DNA of 43,258 nt from Octopus bimaculoides (Eukaryota), in contig NC_068989.1 in the NCBI RefSeq assembly GCF_001194135.2, positions 60,544,194-60,587,451 on the forward strand. Direction: 5' to 3'. The translations under genes and the position numbers were made by a program. The notes under the pieces are model-generated. The model worked only from the letters and a program-made list of their open reading frames with translations, did not search any database and was not told where the DNA came from. Below are positions 23,460 to 38,049 of the stretch, one piece after another (position 1 is the first letter of the stretch; every line of letters begins with the position of its first letter).

Positions 23460-25549
23460 CGCATGCGCGCGCGCGTGTGTGCGCATGTGCTTTGTGTGGT
23501 TGTGTTTGTACACTCGTATGACTGCTTCTCTGTGTTTTCGTGTCTGGTAATTCGTGGCTTCTTTAATTGGTCAAAATTAGTGGAGAAAACCTGCTCTGAA
23601 ATAGTAAGAAAGCACGTGCAAAAACGCATAGAAATGAGGAATTTAAAATATTGCTCATTAAGAAGAAATCATTAGTTTTAAAAGTTATATTTAAAAATAG
23701 TATAAGTAACGAATGCTGTGGTTGAGAAGAAGATATCGCTGTATGTTCAATAAAGTTCCAGTATTTCCTGAAAAATAATGATAAAATCATTTGGTGAGAG
23801 GACAGAATAGAAAACATTATTAGTTTGGAGGAAGAGGCTTCGAAGTCTAAGCTGAAATATTGAATATTTTAAGAGAATAAAGTACTATTCCGTTCATGCT
23901 TTAGAAGAGTGTTTTAAGCTTTGGCCTCTTGGAATGATATAGTAGTGAGACCTCCAGTTTTGAAGAATTTACCTTCTGATCTATGACACTTGACACGCTG
24001 CTGATTAACATATGGAACAGTACATTCTACGCAATTGCTCTTATCTCCTTTACTCTTGCAACAAAACCGGCTTACTACACCAAAGAATGACGTAGCTGTG
24101 GTTTGAAAGTCAATAGTAATCAATTTTTAAACAGCCGTTACTACGTCTGATCTTCAAGGATACGTTCACAGCAATCATATCCTCTATATAATGTGACAAT
24201 TCTAATCAAGCTTCTACCAACATCAATGAACACAGGAAATGTATTATCAAAGCTTTGAGTTGTCCATTTGTAATATATTTTTTTTGTTCTGCCTTTCGAT
24301 CAAGAAAATTCACCCTACAAAACACGTGATATCTTTGAAGCAACGAAATATGAACACAATTATTGTCTAACAACATTTTAAGAGGATGTTTTCGAATCAT
24401 AAATGTGCGATGTCATGAATCCTAACAGTTCGTAATCCTGTTGTTTCCTATCACGTAACTCTAAGATAACAAGAGAATTCCCGTGAAACGCTAGAGATAC
24501 ATTCTTACATATTTCTCAAAGTGAAGAATAGAATCTGTAGCCTATAAATGCTTTTGTAGGATTTAATAGCGCTGAATCGTCAGTTGAACCTTTCTTTGAT
24601 AATATAAATTCAGTAACATAATACTATTTTTATTATAATAGTACAGACGGAGTTACTTGCGAAGATCTTTGAAAAATATTTGGTGGAAAGTAAATATGAG
24701 AATTTAAATTAGGACATGTCAGAAAGGTGGGTTGGTTGAATCGTCTGGGCGTCGGACAAATGTCACTTCCTTACGATCAAATACTAGCACGATCAATTCA
24801 CCCTTTTGTTGTCGAATAAGTGCCAGCAAAATACTGGAGTAGATACAATCGAATGTTACCCTATTCAAAAAGATTTTGATCGTGTGCAGGTGTCTGAAAT
24901 TATTGTTAATATTTTTCAGTCAATCCCTATACTGAACAATTGAAATCATAAGGAAATGAACCCATGATTGAATTTCAATTGAAGGTCAATTCGTTTTTGT
25001 ATCACTGATACCATCTGAGAGGTCATCTGCGTCACATAATGCGTTTTCTCTAAAGTCTTTGCTTCAGTAAACGATTATATTTGTTCAATGTAGTCGAAAG
25101 TAGTAGAGAAAGTATATTAATGTTTACTATAACTGCAACCTGTTTGCTCTGGTTGGAAACTTGCAGTTTCATTTTCGATACTTATACTATTGCAGAAGTC
25201 AATATGAATACAAAACCCTACATATACTCTAATAGTTCTAAGCATAAAGTGTATGTCTTCCATATTTAGATACCTTAATTTGGTTTATTATTTGATATAT
25301 TCTCTTTAAAGTTATTATTTTATTTGTTTCAGTCATTTGACTGCGGCCATGCCATGCTGGAGCAAGAAGGGATATTTTCAATATATAATTACGCTTTATA
25401 TAGAAAATATCATTACAGTAACATTACAGTTACGAGGAATTGAATTTGAATATTCGCTAATCTGTCCACAATACCATAATGGTTTATTGATAACAGATTT
25501 CGAGAAAATCAGCCTCAAGGAAATCAACCAGAGGAGCCATTGATTTATA

Positions 25550-27000
25550 AGTGATCTCCAAGGGTGAATTTAAACTGCATTAGTCTCACCAATGTCTCTG
25601 CAATAATTCTTAATATATTGAAGAGCGTGAATAAGCCCTAAGTACATGTACATCACGCAGAACATAAAGGACAAAGTCGTGTTTTTCCGTTGTGCATTTG
25701 TATCTTAACATCGTTTCTGGTCGGTCAGAAATATAGTAACTATTTTTCCAGAGATCTTGGACCCATCTTTCAACGGGAATATAACAATATTTTTGCCTTC
25801 CACCGTCCAAGGACACGTTAAGTATACAGCACACATTAGGGAACTATTCTTGCATCACATCTCGATACATGAAAAAATCATTCACCCATCATTGAAACGT
25901 TCACATACACCGATTAACTCCTGTAGCTAACTCACATACATTGTAGATGTTGTATTCCTCGTTCCAGATTCTTATATGAACTATAAGTTCATTAAAGTAC
26001 GTAATATTAGTAAACATACTAAAAGAGAAGGATTTACGTTATCGTTGACATTAGCATATGTAGGTAGGTTTTTACGTGTGTTTCTTTGAGATTTATTTCA
26101 TGCATTTTTTCCTTTGCAGAATGAGGTCATTCAGTAACAATGTGGCAAGGCTCTTTTGTTTAAGTCAAAACAGCTCTTCGAGTTTGTACTTATCTATTTC
26201 GGTTGATGCATTCATATATATGTGCATACTGTGTATATGTGTGTGCGTGTGGATAAACTTGCACTCATAGGTGTGCTTGTTACGAAAATATTACCAATGT
26301 GTATGTTTCGTTAGAGTTTATGAGAGTGTATGCATATACATTCCATATGTATAAGTTTGTGTGGGCATATGTTTATCCAGATACCACAAATGAAGAATCC
26401 CTGATATGTTTTTAAAATTTTTACTGTTCCTCTGACCCCTTGTATCCGGAGAATAGGGATGAGTTTGCTCTGTTCCATTTTGGAGCCGCCCCAAACTCCT
26501 TTCTTTCTTCATGTCTACTTTTCAGTCGCCATGTGTTTCGGCGTGATGTTGGAGAAATACATTCAAGCAACCTGGGCTTAATTTGTATATTATATTTAAA
26601 CAAGCTACTGACCTGTAGGTTGTGGACAAATGCATCTCCTGGTTTTTAACAATTGGTGAAATAAGTGTGAATGCCAACCGATCTGGAACGTCAATCTCAG
26701 TTTTCTTTGCACTTTCGACGAAGTTAACGAGGGCTGGCCTGAAGAATGTCAGCTTTCTGTACAAATAACCGGCTGGCAGGTCTATTCCTTGTGATTTTTC
26801 CATTTGTAAGTTGTGCAGCATTGGCTCAAAGAGTCCGTTGAAGAGACGTTTACACAGTACTCTGTCCATAGCTTGTTTAACTCCTTGTGTGTTGCCTGTT
26901 TATGTTCCATATCCTTCCGTAAAATAACTCTAGATCATTCATGGGAGAGGCTTTAAACAATCTTGATGCATTGCCTTTCATTACACCACTAGTGGGTTTG
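25550..27000 (-). mobile_element. Non-LTR retrotransposon RT fragment, RLE clade (R4/Dong- or NeSL-like), decayed
   Basis: ORF 26522-26869 has KSQGIDLPAGYLYRKLTF...PDRL...YRSVACLNIIYKL, matching the KxPGxD...YRPIxCLNxxYKL RT motifs. FYGRIWN lies upstream, and KCAVLNV and YLGL remnants lie downstream. Confidence 0.75.
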
Positions 27001-27243
27001 TAGAGAACTTATGATTAATGGGTTTTCGAATTAGTGGGTGCTTTAATTAATAAATTGTTTCTTTGCCGCTCGCAGCTCTTACTTAAGAAGAATTAGCTTG
27101 CCCGTTAATATTTCTTATATGAATGTATGCATGCATGTATTCATGTATATATGTATATGTGTATGTTTTTATGCATACACACATACACGTAGATGCATAC
27201 ACAAACACGTACCCACACACATATATGTATATTTATATACATA

Positions 27244-27397
27244 NNNNNNNNNNNNNNNNNNNNNNNNNNNNNNNNNNNNNNNNNNNNNNNNNNNNNNNNN
27301 NNNNNNNNNNNNNNNNNNNNNNNNNNNNNNNNNNNNNNNNNNNNNNNNNNNNNNNNNNNNNNNNNNNNNNNNNNNNNNNNNNNNNNNNNNNNNNNNN
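27244..27397. other. Assembly gap (N)
   Basis: Run of N. Confidence 1.
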
Positions 27398-27867
27398 ATA
27401 TACGTATGTAAATATATATATAAATCAATGTATGTATATGTGTGTATTAATAGGTTACATTTTTGAAGGATGTAGCCTTGCAGGTTGTGTTTTCATTGTA
27501 GAACCACGTTAGTCTTATTTTAAAATAATACAGAAAATGGTTTTTCTGAATGACCATATTAATCGCAGATGTGAAGGCATGCTGGAAACTGTTTGTCTAA
27601 GTGTATACGGTTTGATTTTCGAAGAACTGGATAATTGTTTAAATATTCTATATTCAACAGATTTTATGGAAACAAGATCGATATTGCTGCCGTCATTGTG
27701 CATTGTCTAAAATTGTATTGTGTTACATAGAATGTTTCAAAACATTTAATCTGTTTGTTGGCTTCTGAAAGCAAGCATTTTGTATTTTGTTAATTTATAT
27801 TTCAGAAGCGATTAATACGATTGAAAGTTGTATGAATGTATATACACACATTTATGTTCGAATATAA

Positions 27868-27869
<2 letters not shown>

Positions 27870-27947
<78 letters not shown>

Positions 27948-28360
27948 AAACATAAAAACACAGGCGTGTGTGTGTGTATGTACATACATATATACACATA
28001 GATAGATACATACATAAATACATACATATATAAATGTATGCATGTATGTATTTAGGCGTATATATACATATATGTATATTTATATATCTGTACATATGCA
28101 TATATGTATATGCATATACGTACATATACATACATAGACATATATGCATATACATATATATATAAATGCATATACACACATACACACATATATGTATATA
28201 TATATTCAAACACACATGCACCAGCTTATGAATGTATGAGGGTATGTGTGCACATTAACTGCATCATCACATTTTTATGCATTAATTTTATATATATGCA
28301 TACGTACACATACACACACACACATATATTAGTGTATGTGTGTGTGTGTGTGTGGATGAA
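27870..28360. repeat. Long (CA)n and AT/CA low-complexity tract
   Basis: Read directly from the sequence. Confidence 0.9.
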
Positions 28361-30692
28361 AGAGAGAAAGAGAGAGAGGGTGGGGAAGGAGAACTGGTAT
28401 ATATTTGAAAATGTGCATGTATCATTTTCAAAATATATATTACACTTTAGAAATTTCCGCTTTGGAGGTGTTATGCTGATTTCCCCGATATTTTAGAGAA
28501 TATGCAATTCATAACTTTTCTAATAATATAATTTAGTTATTTGTTGAGTGAAAATAGTAATTGATAAAAACATTCAATAGAAAAAGTAAAGTAAAATAAT
28601 TATCCATTGAAAGAATTAAGACAAGTCTGTTAAATATATTCCCCGGAGCAATTTAAATAGAAAAACGTAATGTTGTAGAACAGATTTTTAAATTCTGCAT
28701 TATTTTGTTTTCCTTTTCTAATTCATCTTTTGAATGTTCAAAAGTTATTATATTTTATACTTTTACACTTTTATGTGGAACTATCCACGTCTCCTAATCA
28801 TTATACGTCAAGGATTTTAAAAACATTACTTATATGCTTTAGTTCCATTGATGTTCTGTTTTTAATAGAAAAATATATTTTTGACTTTAATATTCTTAGT
28901 AAAAACATAAATGTTCGCTACTGCTTATTGTTATTGACGTGAATGATATTCTATCAACGAGATGACAATATTGGATTTTTCAATTTTTCACAATGTGGTG
29001 TTGTAGTATATCACTTGTCTACACATATGTTTTGCCTTATTTATTATTCAGCAACCTTCGTCTGCCTTCTTTAGATAACTGACGTACATTTATAGTAGCC
29101 ACCAATCATATCTTTATTACGGAAAATAATGTCCACAGGTTTCGGCCATAAAACTATTTGTTTCTACAATGTTTAGTTTGTTGTTGCTATTTACTTAAAA
29201 GTCAGAAAAGCCTCCAAGCTATGACCGACCAATAACTTTAATTATTAAAGATTTCAGTATCGGTGTGCTTTTCATTTTTGAAGGCAGAATACATCGAATT
29301 GAAAACGTTTAGCGGCTACTTCTTTTTGATTGTGCAAGTACTCAGAAGCTTCCCCAATGGATCATGTTTATTAAGGACAATTATACACAGTAGAGCAATG
29401 TTTCAGCTTCGACTTGGCCACAGTTTGTATGAATCTGTTTTATTAATCGACTCTGACGCTAGAATTATCTGAGTGGTATAATGTGCAGTGTTACGTCTAT
29501 GGAGGTTAACAGAAAACTGTTATTTGCATTGAGCTAATCTATATTAAATTGGTTCGGCTCGAACGATTGTTTTGTGTTTTGGCTATTACCATTGAAAGAC
29601 CCTCGCCATTATTAGAGAGAAGAGAATCAACGGCATAGAGTTTTTGCACGATTAGGAATATTTACATTTAAGGAAGGTATTAGTGTTTTATTTAATAGAG
29701 CTAATTAGATATGCCCAATAGCATGAAACAACTGCTTCTTGCTTCACCAATTAATATTAATTTGATACTAATATGTTTATGCAGCTTGGAGTAATTCTCA
29801 GTGTAAATTACAATTATTTATACAACCGATATGTCGACCTACAAACTTTTATAAATGAATTTCACGCATCACAGACGTTATATTTGCGTGCATTCTACTA
29901 ATAAACAAACACAAGTGCGTTTCTCACTCAAATACAAAGCAGTGGAAGTTTTTAATGATAAAGTTATTTATTAACATATTTGATTTTCCTTTTACCGAGT
30001 GAATATGCAAAATAAATATTAAATGTTGCTAACATGTATGCCAACACATATGCAAAGGAGAAGTTGGTTCATGATACATATATTATCAATAGCTGTATAG
30101 AAGAGATAGATAGAATGTGTTTAGATTGTTATTCTTATATACTCGGTGATAACGCTTTATAATATTGAAATCATTTCAGTTCTGATTTACCCTATATTGT
30201 GCATAAAAAGATATTTAATTATTCATGAACAGCTAAAGAACAAAAATGCAAATTTGGGTAGCAACTAAAGTACTAGTCTAAATCATGTCTACTTTATAAG
30301 CAAGTGATCTATGATTCTGACAGAAGAAAGATGGATAGGTTTTTTGTTTTCTTTTTCCGTAACACGATTAACAAAGAGTCCGTTAGGAAACGCCCTTTTC
30401 TTTTTCCAAGCACCTATAGTTTTTTTGGTATAGAAGGAAAATATTTCTATCTTTCATTCTTATTTCATCGGCAGCGAGGTTACATTCCACTTTTCGACTT
30501 CTATCGCTTCTTCTCTCGTCCTATTTTAAATTTGTTATGCCATGTGGGCAGTGTCTGATAATTGTGCTGTAACACCAGACGTGTTATAAAACAATGGTTG
30601 GCATTTTTCGGCACATGGAACAAATAGTAGCGCATAAAAAGATATATTGTGTCGGATTTATGATTTACTGAAGAAATATATATATGTGTGTA

Positions 30693-30724
<32 letters not shown>

Positions 30725-30733
30725 TGTATGTGT

Positions 30734-31030
30734 GGAGGCGCAATGGCCCACTGGTTATGGCAGCAGACTCGCGGTCGGAGGATCGTGGTTTCGATTCCCA
30801 GACCAGGCACTGTGTCTGTTTATTGAGCGAAAACACCTGAAACTCCACGAGGCTCCGGCTGGTGGCAACTCCTGTTGTACTCTTTCGCCCCAACTTTCTC
30901 TCACTCTTTCTTCCTGTTTCTTGAGTAAAAAGCTGCGATGGACTGGCGTTATGTCCGGCTAGGGGTAACAGCCATGGAAACTGGGAAACCGGGACTATGC
31001 TCCACAAGGAGCTAAGAGGATTTCCATCCA
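30734..31030 (+). mobile_element. tRNA-derived SINE with recognisable Pol III boxes
   Basis: A box tggcccactggtta and B box ggtttcgattcc, followed by the shared central domain (ctccacgaggctccggc...aactttctctcact) and a distinct tail. Confidence 0.85.
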
Positions 31031-31089
31031 TCTCATTCCATATGTATATGTATATGTATGTTTATTTGCTTGTGTGTGTATTTGTATTT

Positions 31090-31185
31090 TGTTTCAGTCA
31101 TTTGATTGCAGTCATGCTGGGGCACCAGCATGAAGAATGTTAGTCGAACGAATCGAAACCAGGACATACTTTCCTTTATTGAACC
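31090..31185 (-). mobile_element. SINE 3' fragment
   Basis: gtttcagtcatttgattgcagtcatgctggggcacc...ttagtcgaacgaatcga is homologous to 10171-10250. A shorter piece of the same end lies at about 25326-25365. Confidence 0.65.
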
Positions 31186-31499
31186 TGATACTTATCCGTT
31201 AGGGTAAGTACCAGTTTAGTTGTTCTGGTCTGTCTTAAATATTTTCAAGAATATTAATTGTAGGTGTGATAGCTTTTTCTTTCTGATGATATAAGGCCAG
31301 GTCGGGTTACATTTTCATGGGCAAAATGTTAAGCTAAAAACATTTGGATGCGTATACATTTCGTCATCGTGTGGGATGGTAAATACAATGGTAAATGACT
31401 AAATGAATAAATGAAAGGTGAAAAGGAAGGAGATCCCCCTACAGCACTTTCTCCCTCTCTCTCTCCCCCCCTCTCTCTCTCTATTTATCTGTTTATCTG

Positions 31500-31545
31500 T
31501 CCATCATCCTAACTATCTAACTATATTTCTATCTATCTATCTATA

Positions 31546-31586
<41 letters not shown>

Positions 31587-31587
31587 C
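31500..31587. repeat. (TCTA)n tract
   Basis: Read directly from the sequence. Confidence 0.9.
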
Positions 31588-31785
31588 AATTGTCATGGAA
31601 CCTCACCCCAAAAGACAAAAACAGTGTCCTCCTCTTCTAAGCAAAACCCCCAAAAAACATCTGTTTTATATAAACGAACAAGCTGTTTGTACATTCACAA
31701 AATTATATTCGTCAAGTTCGAGAAACGAACGAAAGCGCTAATAATAATGAAGAAATAAAAATATTTTTTCCAAAATTCTGACGAC

Positions 31786-31789
<4 letters not shown>

Positions 31790-31858
<69 letters not shown>
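31790..31858. repeat. (TC)n microsatellite
   Basis: Read directly from the sequence. Confidence 0.97.
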
Positions 31859-31866
<8 letters not shown>

Positions 31867-34800
31867 TATATATATATATAGATAGATAGATATAGATATT
31901 TTCTTTCTCTTTCTCTCTCTACCCCCTCTCCTTCCTTGGACAAAATGTGCTCTGACTAAACTTAGATTGATAAAATCTTTTACGTTTAAAACGTTTAAAA
32001 CCTACCGTATGTCATGACGGTGCCCTCGCTAATCCAGAAGTAAGTGAGAGTGAAAGCAAGCGCAAGTTATGCTTTTCCTGTGACACCAAAGATCGGAGGA
32101 TCCGAAAGCATTGACGATATGAATAATGTGAATCGGTGTCAAGTGGAAATAGAACCTGCAACTCGCATTTATTTCATCATAAGATTTACTCTTCCTATAT
32201 TGTAACTAATATCAAATTTAAATATTGGCTACCATGTGAAAACCGAAGAATATCTCCTCAATTCATGTTGTCTTATCAAAACTTTTATTTATTTAATATG
32301 ATATATCCTGTTTTCAATAGCACCTCGTAAGGAAGACGTAGAAAGAATCTTTATAGAATTATTGAAAATGGTGTAATTGCATTAGTTGTCGTATGTATTC
32401 AATTAGTAAATGACATACTTCTGTTACAAATGCAACACCCACACTCACCCAACACATAAAAAAGTACGTGGACAAGAATATTGTAAATAATTTAATTATA
32501 AGAGATATTCACAAATGTGTATTGCCACATACAACGTCTAGAGAGTCCTAACTGAACATTCACAAATTCATTTATGTTGTACACAGTGTATTTACTTCCA
32601 GACAAATCATCCTATTTTAAAATACATTGAAGCGTGATTGTATGGCAGTCATGCCTCTCTCAAGGTAAATAGGTAAAAAACAACAATAGGAAAAAGAAAA
32701 CAATAATCAATGCCGAGTTGCAGATTTAACTCACTTCGATTGTTGCCTTCTGTCACAGTCATCCAGATTTCATCAACAAGGCAAAAAACCCAAAAAACCC
32801 CCCAAAAAAACATGGATTTCAATGTTTTCAAATACGGAGAACCGCATCTATCAGATACCTGAACTACTGGAGTCAACAAGGAAAGCTGTATGTGGATCGC
32901 TAAAGTTGACTGAGAGCCAAAATGTCCCTTTAATTACAGCCCTCTGTTTCACACTTGAAACGTGTCTGAAAAAAGAAAGGCTCAATAGTTTTAACTGCAA
33001 TATAAATCTATAAATCTATTCAAAAGCCTAACTTGGAGACAGGAAATGACAATAATAACAACCTGTATTACTCATGGTAGCATTATCAGGATCAAAGTCT
33101 CATATATAATTATAAATTACATGTACACTGTTGTTATTAGAAACGTCTTGTTACCTAGCGATGACTAGTTAGATTCACATTTCATCAAAGGGTTTGATAT
33201 TTTATTTAAGTGAAATGGTCCAGCATACCGTTACATTTGATGGATAAATAAGTAAAAGAATTTATATTTTCATGTGCATATCTATACATTTATCAAAGAA
33301 CTAAAGAATCGATATCCACGCGAGTATTATATCTCATTCATACACACTCGATCCGATAACTGTAAGTGGTTACAGTTTATCAACGAAAGAGCAAGCGTGA
33401 TGCGTGATATGCAACGCATAACTTATTAAGATTAAATGTTTTCTCGTCTCTTCACTTCTGTACCACCGAGACCGTCAAGCTGAAATGTTTTCGTTCGACT
33501 CTTTGACTAGTTCATAAACTGGAAATATGTTCGTTCCTATTTCATCTGCAGCTATGGCTCTCACGGTTTACTTTCTAAAGTGTTTCACTGTTGTTTATAG
33601 AAATGCTATCTATGGTTCTAGTCGTTTCATTTGTTACTTCGTTGGCGGTTCTAATAATCATTAGTTGGCTTTGCTATTATTCTTTTTTTGTTTTACTTCA
33701 GATACTGTGTTAGTAGTATTAGTTCTTTAAAAAATTGTTTATTTGTATATTGTTGTTCACTGATTAGAATAGTTTATAATAATTTCTCGTTTATATATTG
33801 ATCAGTTTAGTACTTGTCCAGTAACTACTTGCTGATCACATAGTTCATATATAATGTCGCTAAACGTTTCATTTTATCTACTTCATGAATTTTCACTTAT
33901 ATCTTAAATCACCTAAGATAGTTTTGATGTAATCCGTATGAGTATGGCAATTGTTTTCAATCTGGCGTCTTTAAACTGTTAATCTTTTTTCCCAGGAATT
34001 AATGTTTTCCGTACATTATTTTATAGATACGTAACAAAACTGTTGTACTTCCATTGCTATTGCTGTGTATGTTGTACGATCGAATGTTTACCCTCTATGC
34101 AATACAGCACAACTTTTGAAAATGAATACTTTCTAGAGTCTCATATTCATATTTCTTGCGTAATTGCAATATATTCTGCAGGTATATAATCATATCTTAG
34201 AACTATTTGCATAAGGGATGCTACTGTCTATTGTTTTTTTATATACACATATTTATATATATCTACAATTTTTGTATATATAAATCCCTCTGAAGTCCAA
34301 AAAGTGGTACGAGACATTGCTTTTATAGAAATCTTGTGAAAGTAGTGAACATCATGTGCATACGTAGTTTTATATATCTTAACTTTTGCTCGGGCAAATA
34401 TTTTATCGAAATCTTCCATCTGCCCCTTCAATTAGTTTGTATATTACTTAGCTTATAAGTAATCATCTCCTAATAGACAAGGTTTAAACCTTTGAGGTAA
34501 TAGGGTCTATATTTCCAGACGTAGTGTGACGTATAGCATCGATGGAATGTCTGGTAATTAGCACAATTATAGCTGAATTTTCTATGGCCCTTATTAAGTA
34601 GCTTGTGGCACGGAGAGTTGGTTGGGAAATGTTAACCGAATACAGTTTGAAAGTTTAGATTTTATTACATTTCTCTCTAAGATTAGGCTAAAGGGTGTTG
34701 ATTTATGGGGTACTTGTTTAATTTTGTTTGGCTCTTAGGTTACCGCTTTCTCACTTTTATAACTGGGTGCTTATACTACAAGTAGGAACGTATTGTGGAG

Positions 34801-35661
34801 CTACGAAAGTTCCTTGGTACACAAACACAAACATCCACACACAGATACACACGCACCCACAAACACACACACAAGTACACATATCATTGTATCTCTGTGG
34901 TAAAGAGGTACAGATAGTGAAAGCAACAGCGAAGTAAACGTGACGTGTTTGTTTATGTGTAACATGTGGTAGGTATATGTTTAATATTTTAGTAACTAAC
35001 AATCAAAACAGAACATATTCAGACACGTAAGCCTAACAGTTGCTGTGATCTAAATTCTAATAAGGGAGCTTCATTGCACTTTATTATCATTCAGTCCCTT
35101 TTTTTTATATGAACAATTGAAAAAATAAGAGCTACAGTCACCCATGATGTAAAAAGGATAATTGAAAACAAAAACTGACTCGCATTTTCAAAATTCAAAC
35201 ATTGGGCATCGAAAATTTGCAAAATGCTCCAAAGAATCTCCATTCCATTTAAATCTCAAAAAACATCGCTCCAAACAGGTAAAAAGTTTAAAGCAGATAT
35301 GTAAATAAACTCAATCATACACATATGCAATAAAAAGGTACGCATGTCCATTATAGGAGAGGAAACACATGCTGCGTGCAGCAGCATCTAAGCAATAGTA
35401 ACACATACTCTCAAATATGCAGACGTACAATCGCACTTTTACATTAAATCGTCCTGGAACTGTCTGCTCGTGTTCAAAAATAGCATGTCATTTTCCTTGT
35501 GACATCCGTTAGTACTCAGTAGTCTTTAAATAAATGTCAAGGGACAATACACACACACGCATACATCATTCACATTTGTATATATAAGTGTGTATAATAT
35601 GCATATGTGTATGCATGTATGTATCCATATATATACATACATACATACTTATATATACGTG

Positions 35662-35715
<54 letters not shown>

Positions 35716-36231
35716 NNNNNNNNNNNNNNNNNNNNNNNNNNNNNNNNNNNNNNNNNNNNNNNNNNNNNNNNNNNNNNNNNNNNNNNNNNNNNNNNNNNNN
35801 NNNNNNNNNNNNNNNNNNNNNNNNNNNNNNNNNNNNNNNNNNNNNNNNNNNNNNNNNNNNNNNNNNNNNNNNNNNNNNNNNNNNNNNNNNNNNNNNNNNN
35901 NNNNNNNNNNNNNNNNNNNNNNNNNNNNNNNNNNNNNNNNNNNNNNNNNNNNNNNNNNNNNNNNNNNNNNNNNNNNNNNNNNNNNNNNNNNNNNNNNNNN
36001 NNNNNNNNNNNNNNNNNNNNNNNNNNNNNNNNNNNNNNNNNNNNNNNNNNNNNNNNNNNNNNNNNNNNNNNNNNNNNNNNNNNNNNNNNNNNNNNNNNNN
36101 NNNNNNNNNNNNNNNNNNNNNNNNNNNNNNNNNNNNNNNNNNNNNNNNNNNNNNNNNNNNNNNNNNNNNNNNNNNNNNNNNNNNNNNNNNNNNNNNNNNN
36201 NNNNNNNNNNNNNNNNNNNNNNNNNNNNNNN
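35716..36231. other. Assembly gap (N) flanked by (TA)n
   Basis: Run of N. Confidence 1.
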
Positions 36232-36254
36232 ATATATATATATATATATATATA

Positions 36255-37200
36255 CTAGCCTAAGTACCCGACGCTACTTGGAAGTTTAAAGAATGTTAAA
36301 TGAAATAAATACATTTATTCCGATAAAAATATATATCTTCAGATGATGTGAGTATAAGCAGTTATTAAAACAAATCCTGAAATCAATCACAGCTTAAGTT
36401 CGTGGAACTTCTAAATATACAATGTTTTCAGTGTGTCCTTTAATTGGCGTACAAATAAAAAGAAATATAGGACTTCCAACTCGCGAATATCCTACATATA
36501 ACTGCCTATGAGAGAAACAAGGAGAAGCAGGTTGAAGTCCGACAATCTTGAGAGATTTCTCTTGAGATTTGTTTATCGACAAAGCAAAACTTTGTTTCAC
36601 TAGGAACTACTACCGCTAAAATTAAAAAGGGATCTCAAATGGGATTAACGAGATCCGTGGAATGAAGACATCCTCACCCTTATATTTCCCAGTGATAATT
36701 GCTGCTTGTAGGACATGGGATTGCGTCGCTTTCACCACCAGTCTGGTGCCATTGCACAGGCAAGGTGAATCCAGCATAACTGGGGCCTCCATTTTAAGTG
36801 TTAAGTTGTGTGGTGGCATCCCAGATGGCTGTAGAGAGTTTAGGAACTCAGTTGGAAAACTAAAGCTTGGTCCTGATCAATGAAAGTGTCGATGGATTTG
36901 AAAGACTGTTCTTGTCCTGGCAACAACTGCAATAGATCGCAATTGATTTTAAGATTCCAAATGCATTTTAACGTGTGGTGCTATCTCACCACAGGGTAGC
37001 TTGTGTTGCTGTTGCAATTCTCCATATAAACGATAGTTAAGTGTGTATCAAATGAAAGTAAAATCCTGGTTCAGTGACAGATCGATCAAGTTAGTAAAGT
37101 TCTAACGTTTCTGATAACATATTCTCTCTTGTAATTAAATATTGATAAAGTGAGAAATGCAACTCTCTCTTTTGCAAGAGAAATTAAGTTAGCTTGGCTC
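36255..37200 (-). mobile_element. Helitron fragment with the PIF1-family helicase C-terminus and 3' terminus
   Basis: The minus strand reads [48 protein letters not shown]...[10 protein letters not shown]...[19 protein letters not shown]...FALSINKSQ..SLKIVGL...CFSHRQLYVGYSRV...TENIVYLEV. It ends with an aagtagcgtcgggtactt hairpin and CTAG|T at 36255-36258. Confidence 0.9.
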
Positions 37201-37479
37201 GTGTAGGGTGCATGACATCGCCTGTAACACTTTCCAATATCTAAAATGTATATGTATGTACATTTAGACTTTTATGGAGTTAGTTTTCTTTCGTTACAAA
37301 CATCATAGTCGTCAAACTCGGTCATTTGGGATCATATTATTGTTAGTGGATTTCCGTAAAAATTTTTTGTTTCTTTACTCTCTTTAGAAGGCGAAATTTG
37401 CTTTGATGTGAAAACAGAAAGTAAAAGAGCGGAGAAAGTGAAAGATATGTACGTATATATGACATGGAAGTATGTGTGC

Positions 37480-37524
<45 letters not shown>

Positions 37525-37534
37525 NNNNNNNNNN
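37525..37534. other. Assembly gap (10 N) inside (GA)n
   Basis: Run of N. Confidence 1.
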
Positions 37535-37571
<37 letters not shown>

Positions 37572-38049
37572 AGTGAAGGTGTGTTGTCATGTATATGTAA
37601 GTGGCACTCACTCTCTCCCTCTCTCACATACACACTATCTTTCATATAAACGTACATACATACATACATATGCATACATCTTTTTTGTATGCTTGTGAGA
37701 GAGAGAGAGAGAGAGGGGAGGAGTGAGTGAAGATATGCATTGTAATGTATGCCTTTTTTTTGCATGTATGTATAAGTAGAACTCACTGACTCTCACTGTC
37801 TCTCTCACACACACACCCACAAATTATCTTTCATATACACGTACATACATATATACATATGCATACATGTTTTTTGTATTTATGTACATATGGATACATC
37901 TTTTTTGTATGTATGTGTGTGTGTAAGAGAGAGAGAGAAAGTGAGTGTTACGCATACATAACACGCCTTTACTCACTCTCTCTCTCTCACACACACATCC
38001 ATCTTACGCTTTCTCCTCTCTTTCAATTTCTGCTCCCGAGATAACGAAA

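Noticed and set aside
23914-24123. Cys-containing 69-aa minus-strand ORF
   Set aside because: No recognisable domain spacing or convincing splice sites.
27515-27710. Overlapping sense and antisense ORFs open in register
   Set aside because: About 60 codons, no motif and no good donor; compatible with chance.
30734-30805. tRNA-like A/B boxes, also seen at 10500-10568 and 14690-14750
   Set aside because: These are SINE heads without a complete cloverleaf, not tRNA genes.
32014-32045. Plus-strand ATG...CAGAA|GTAAGT mini first exon after a TC-rich tract
   Set aside because: A single consensus donor with no downstream exon that I could support.
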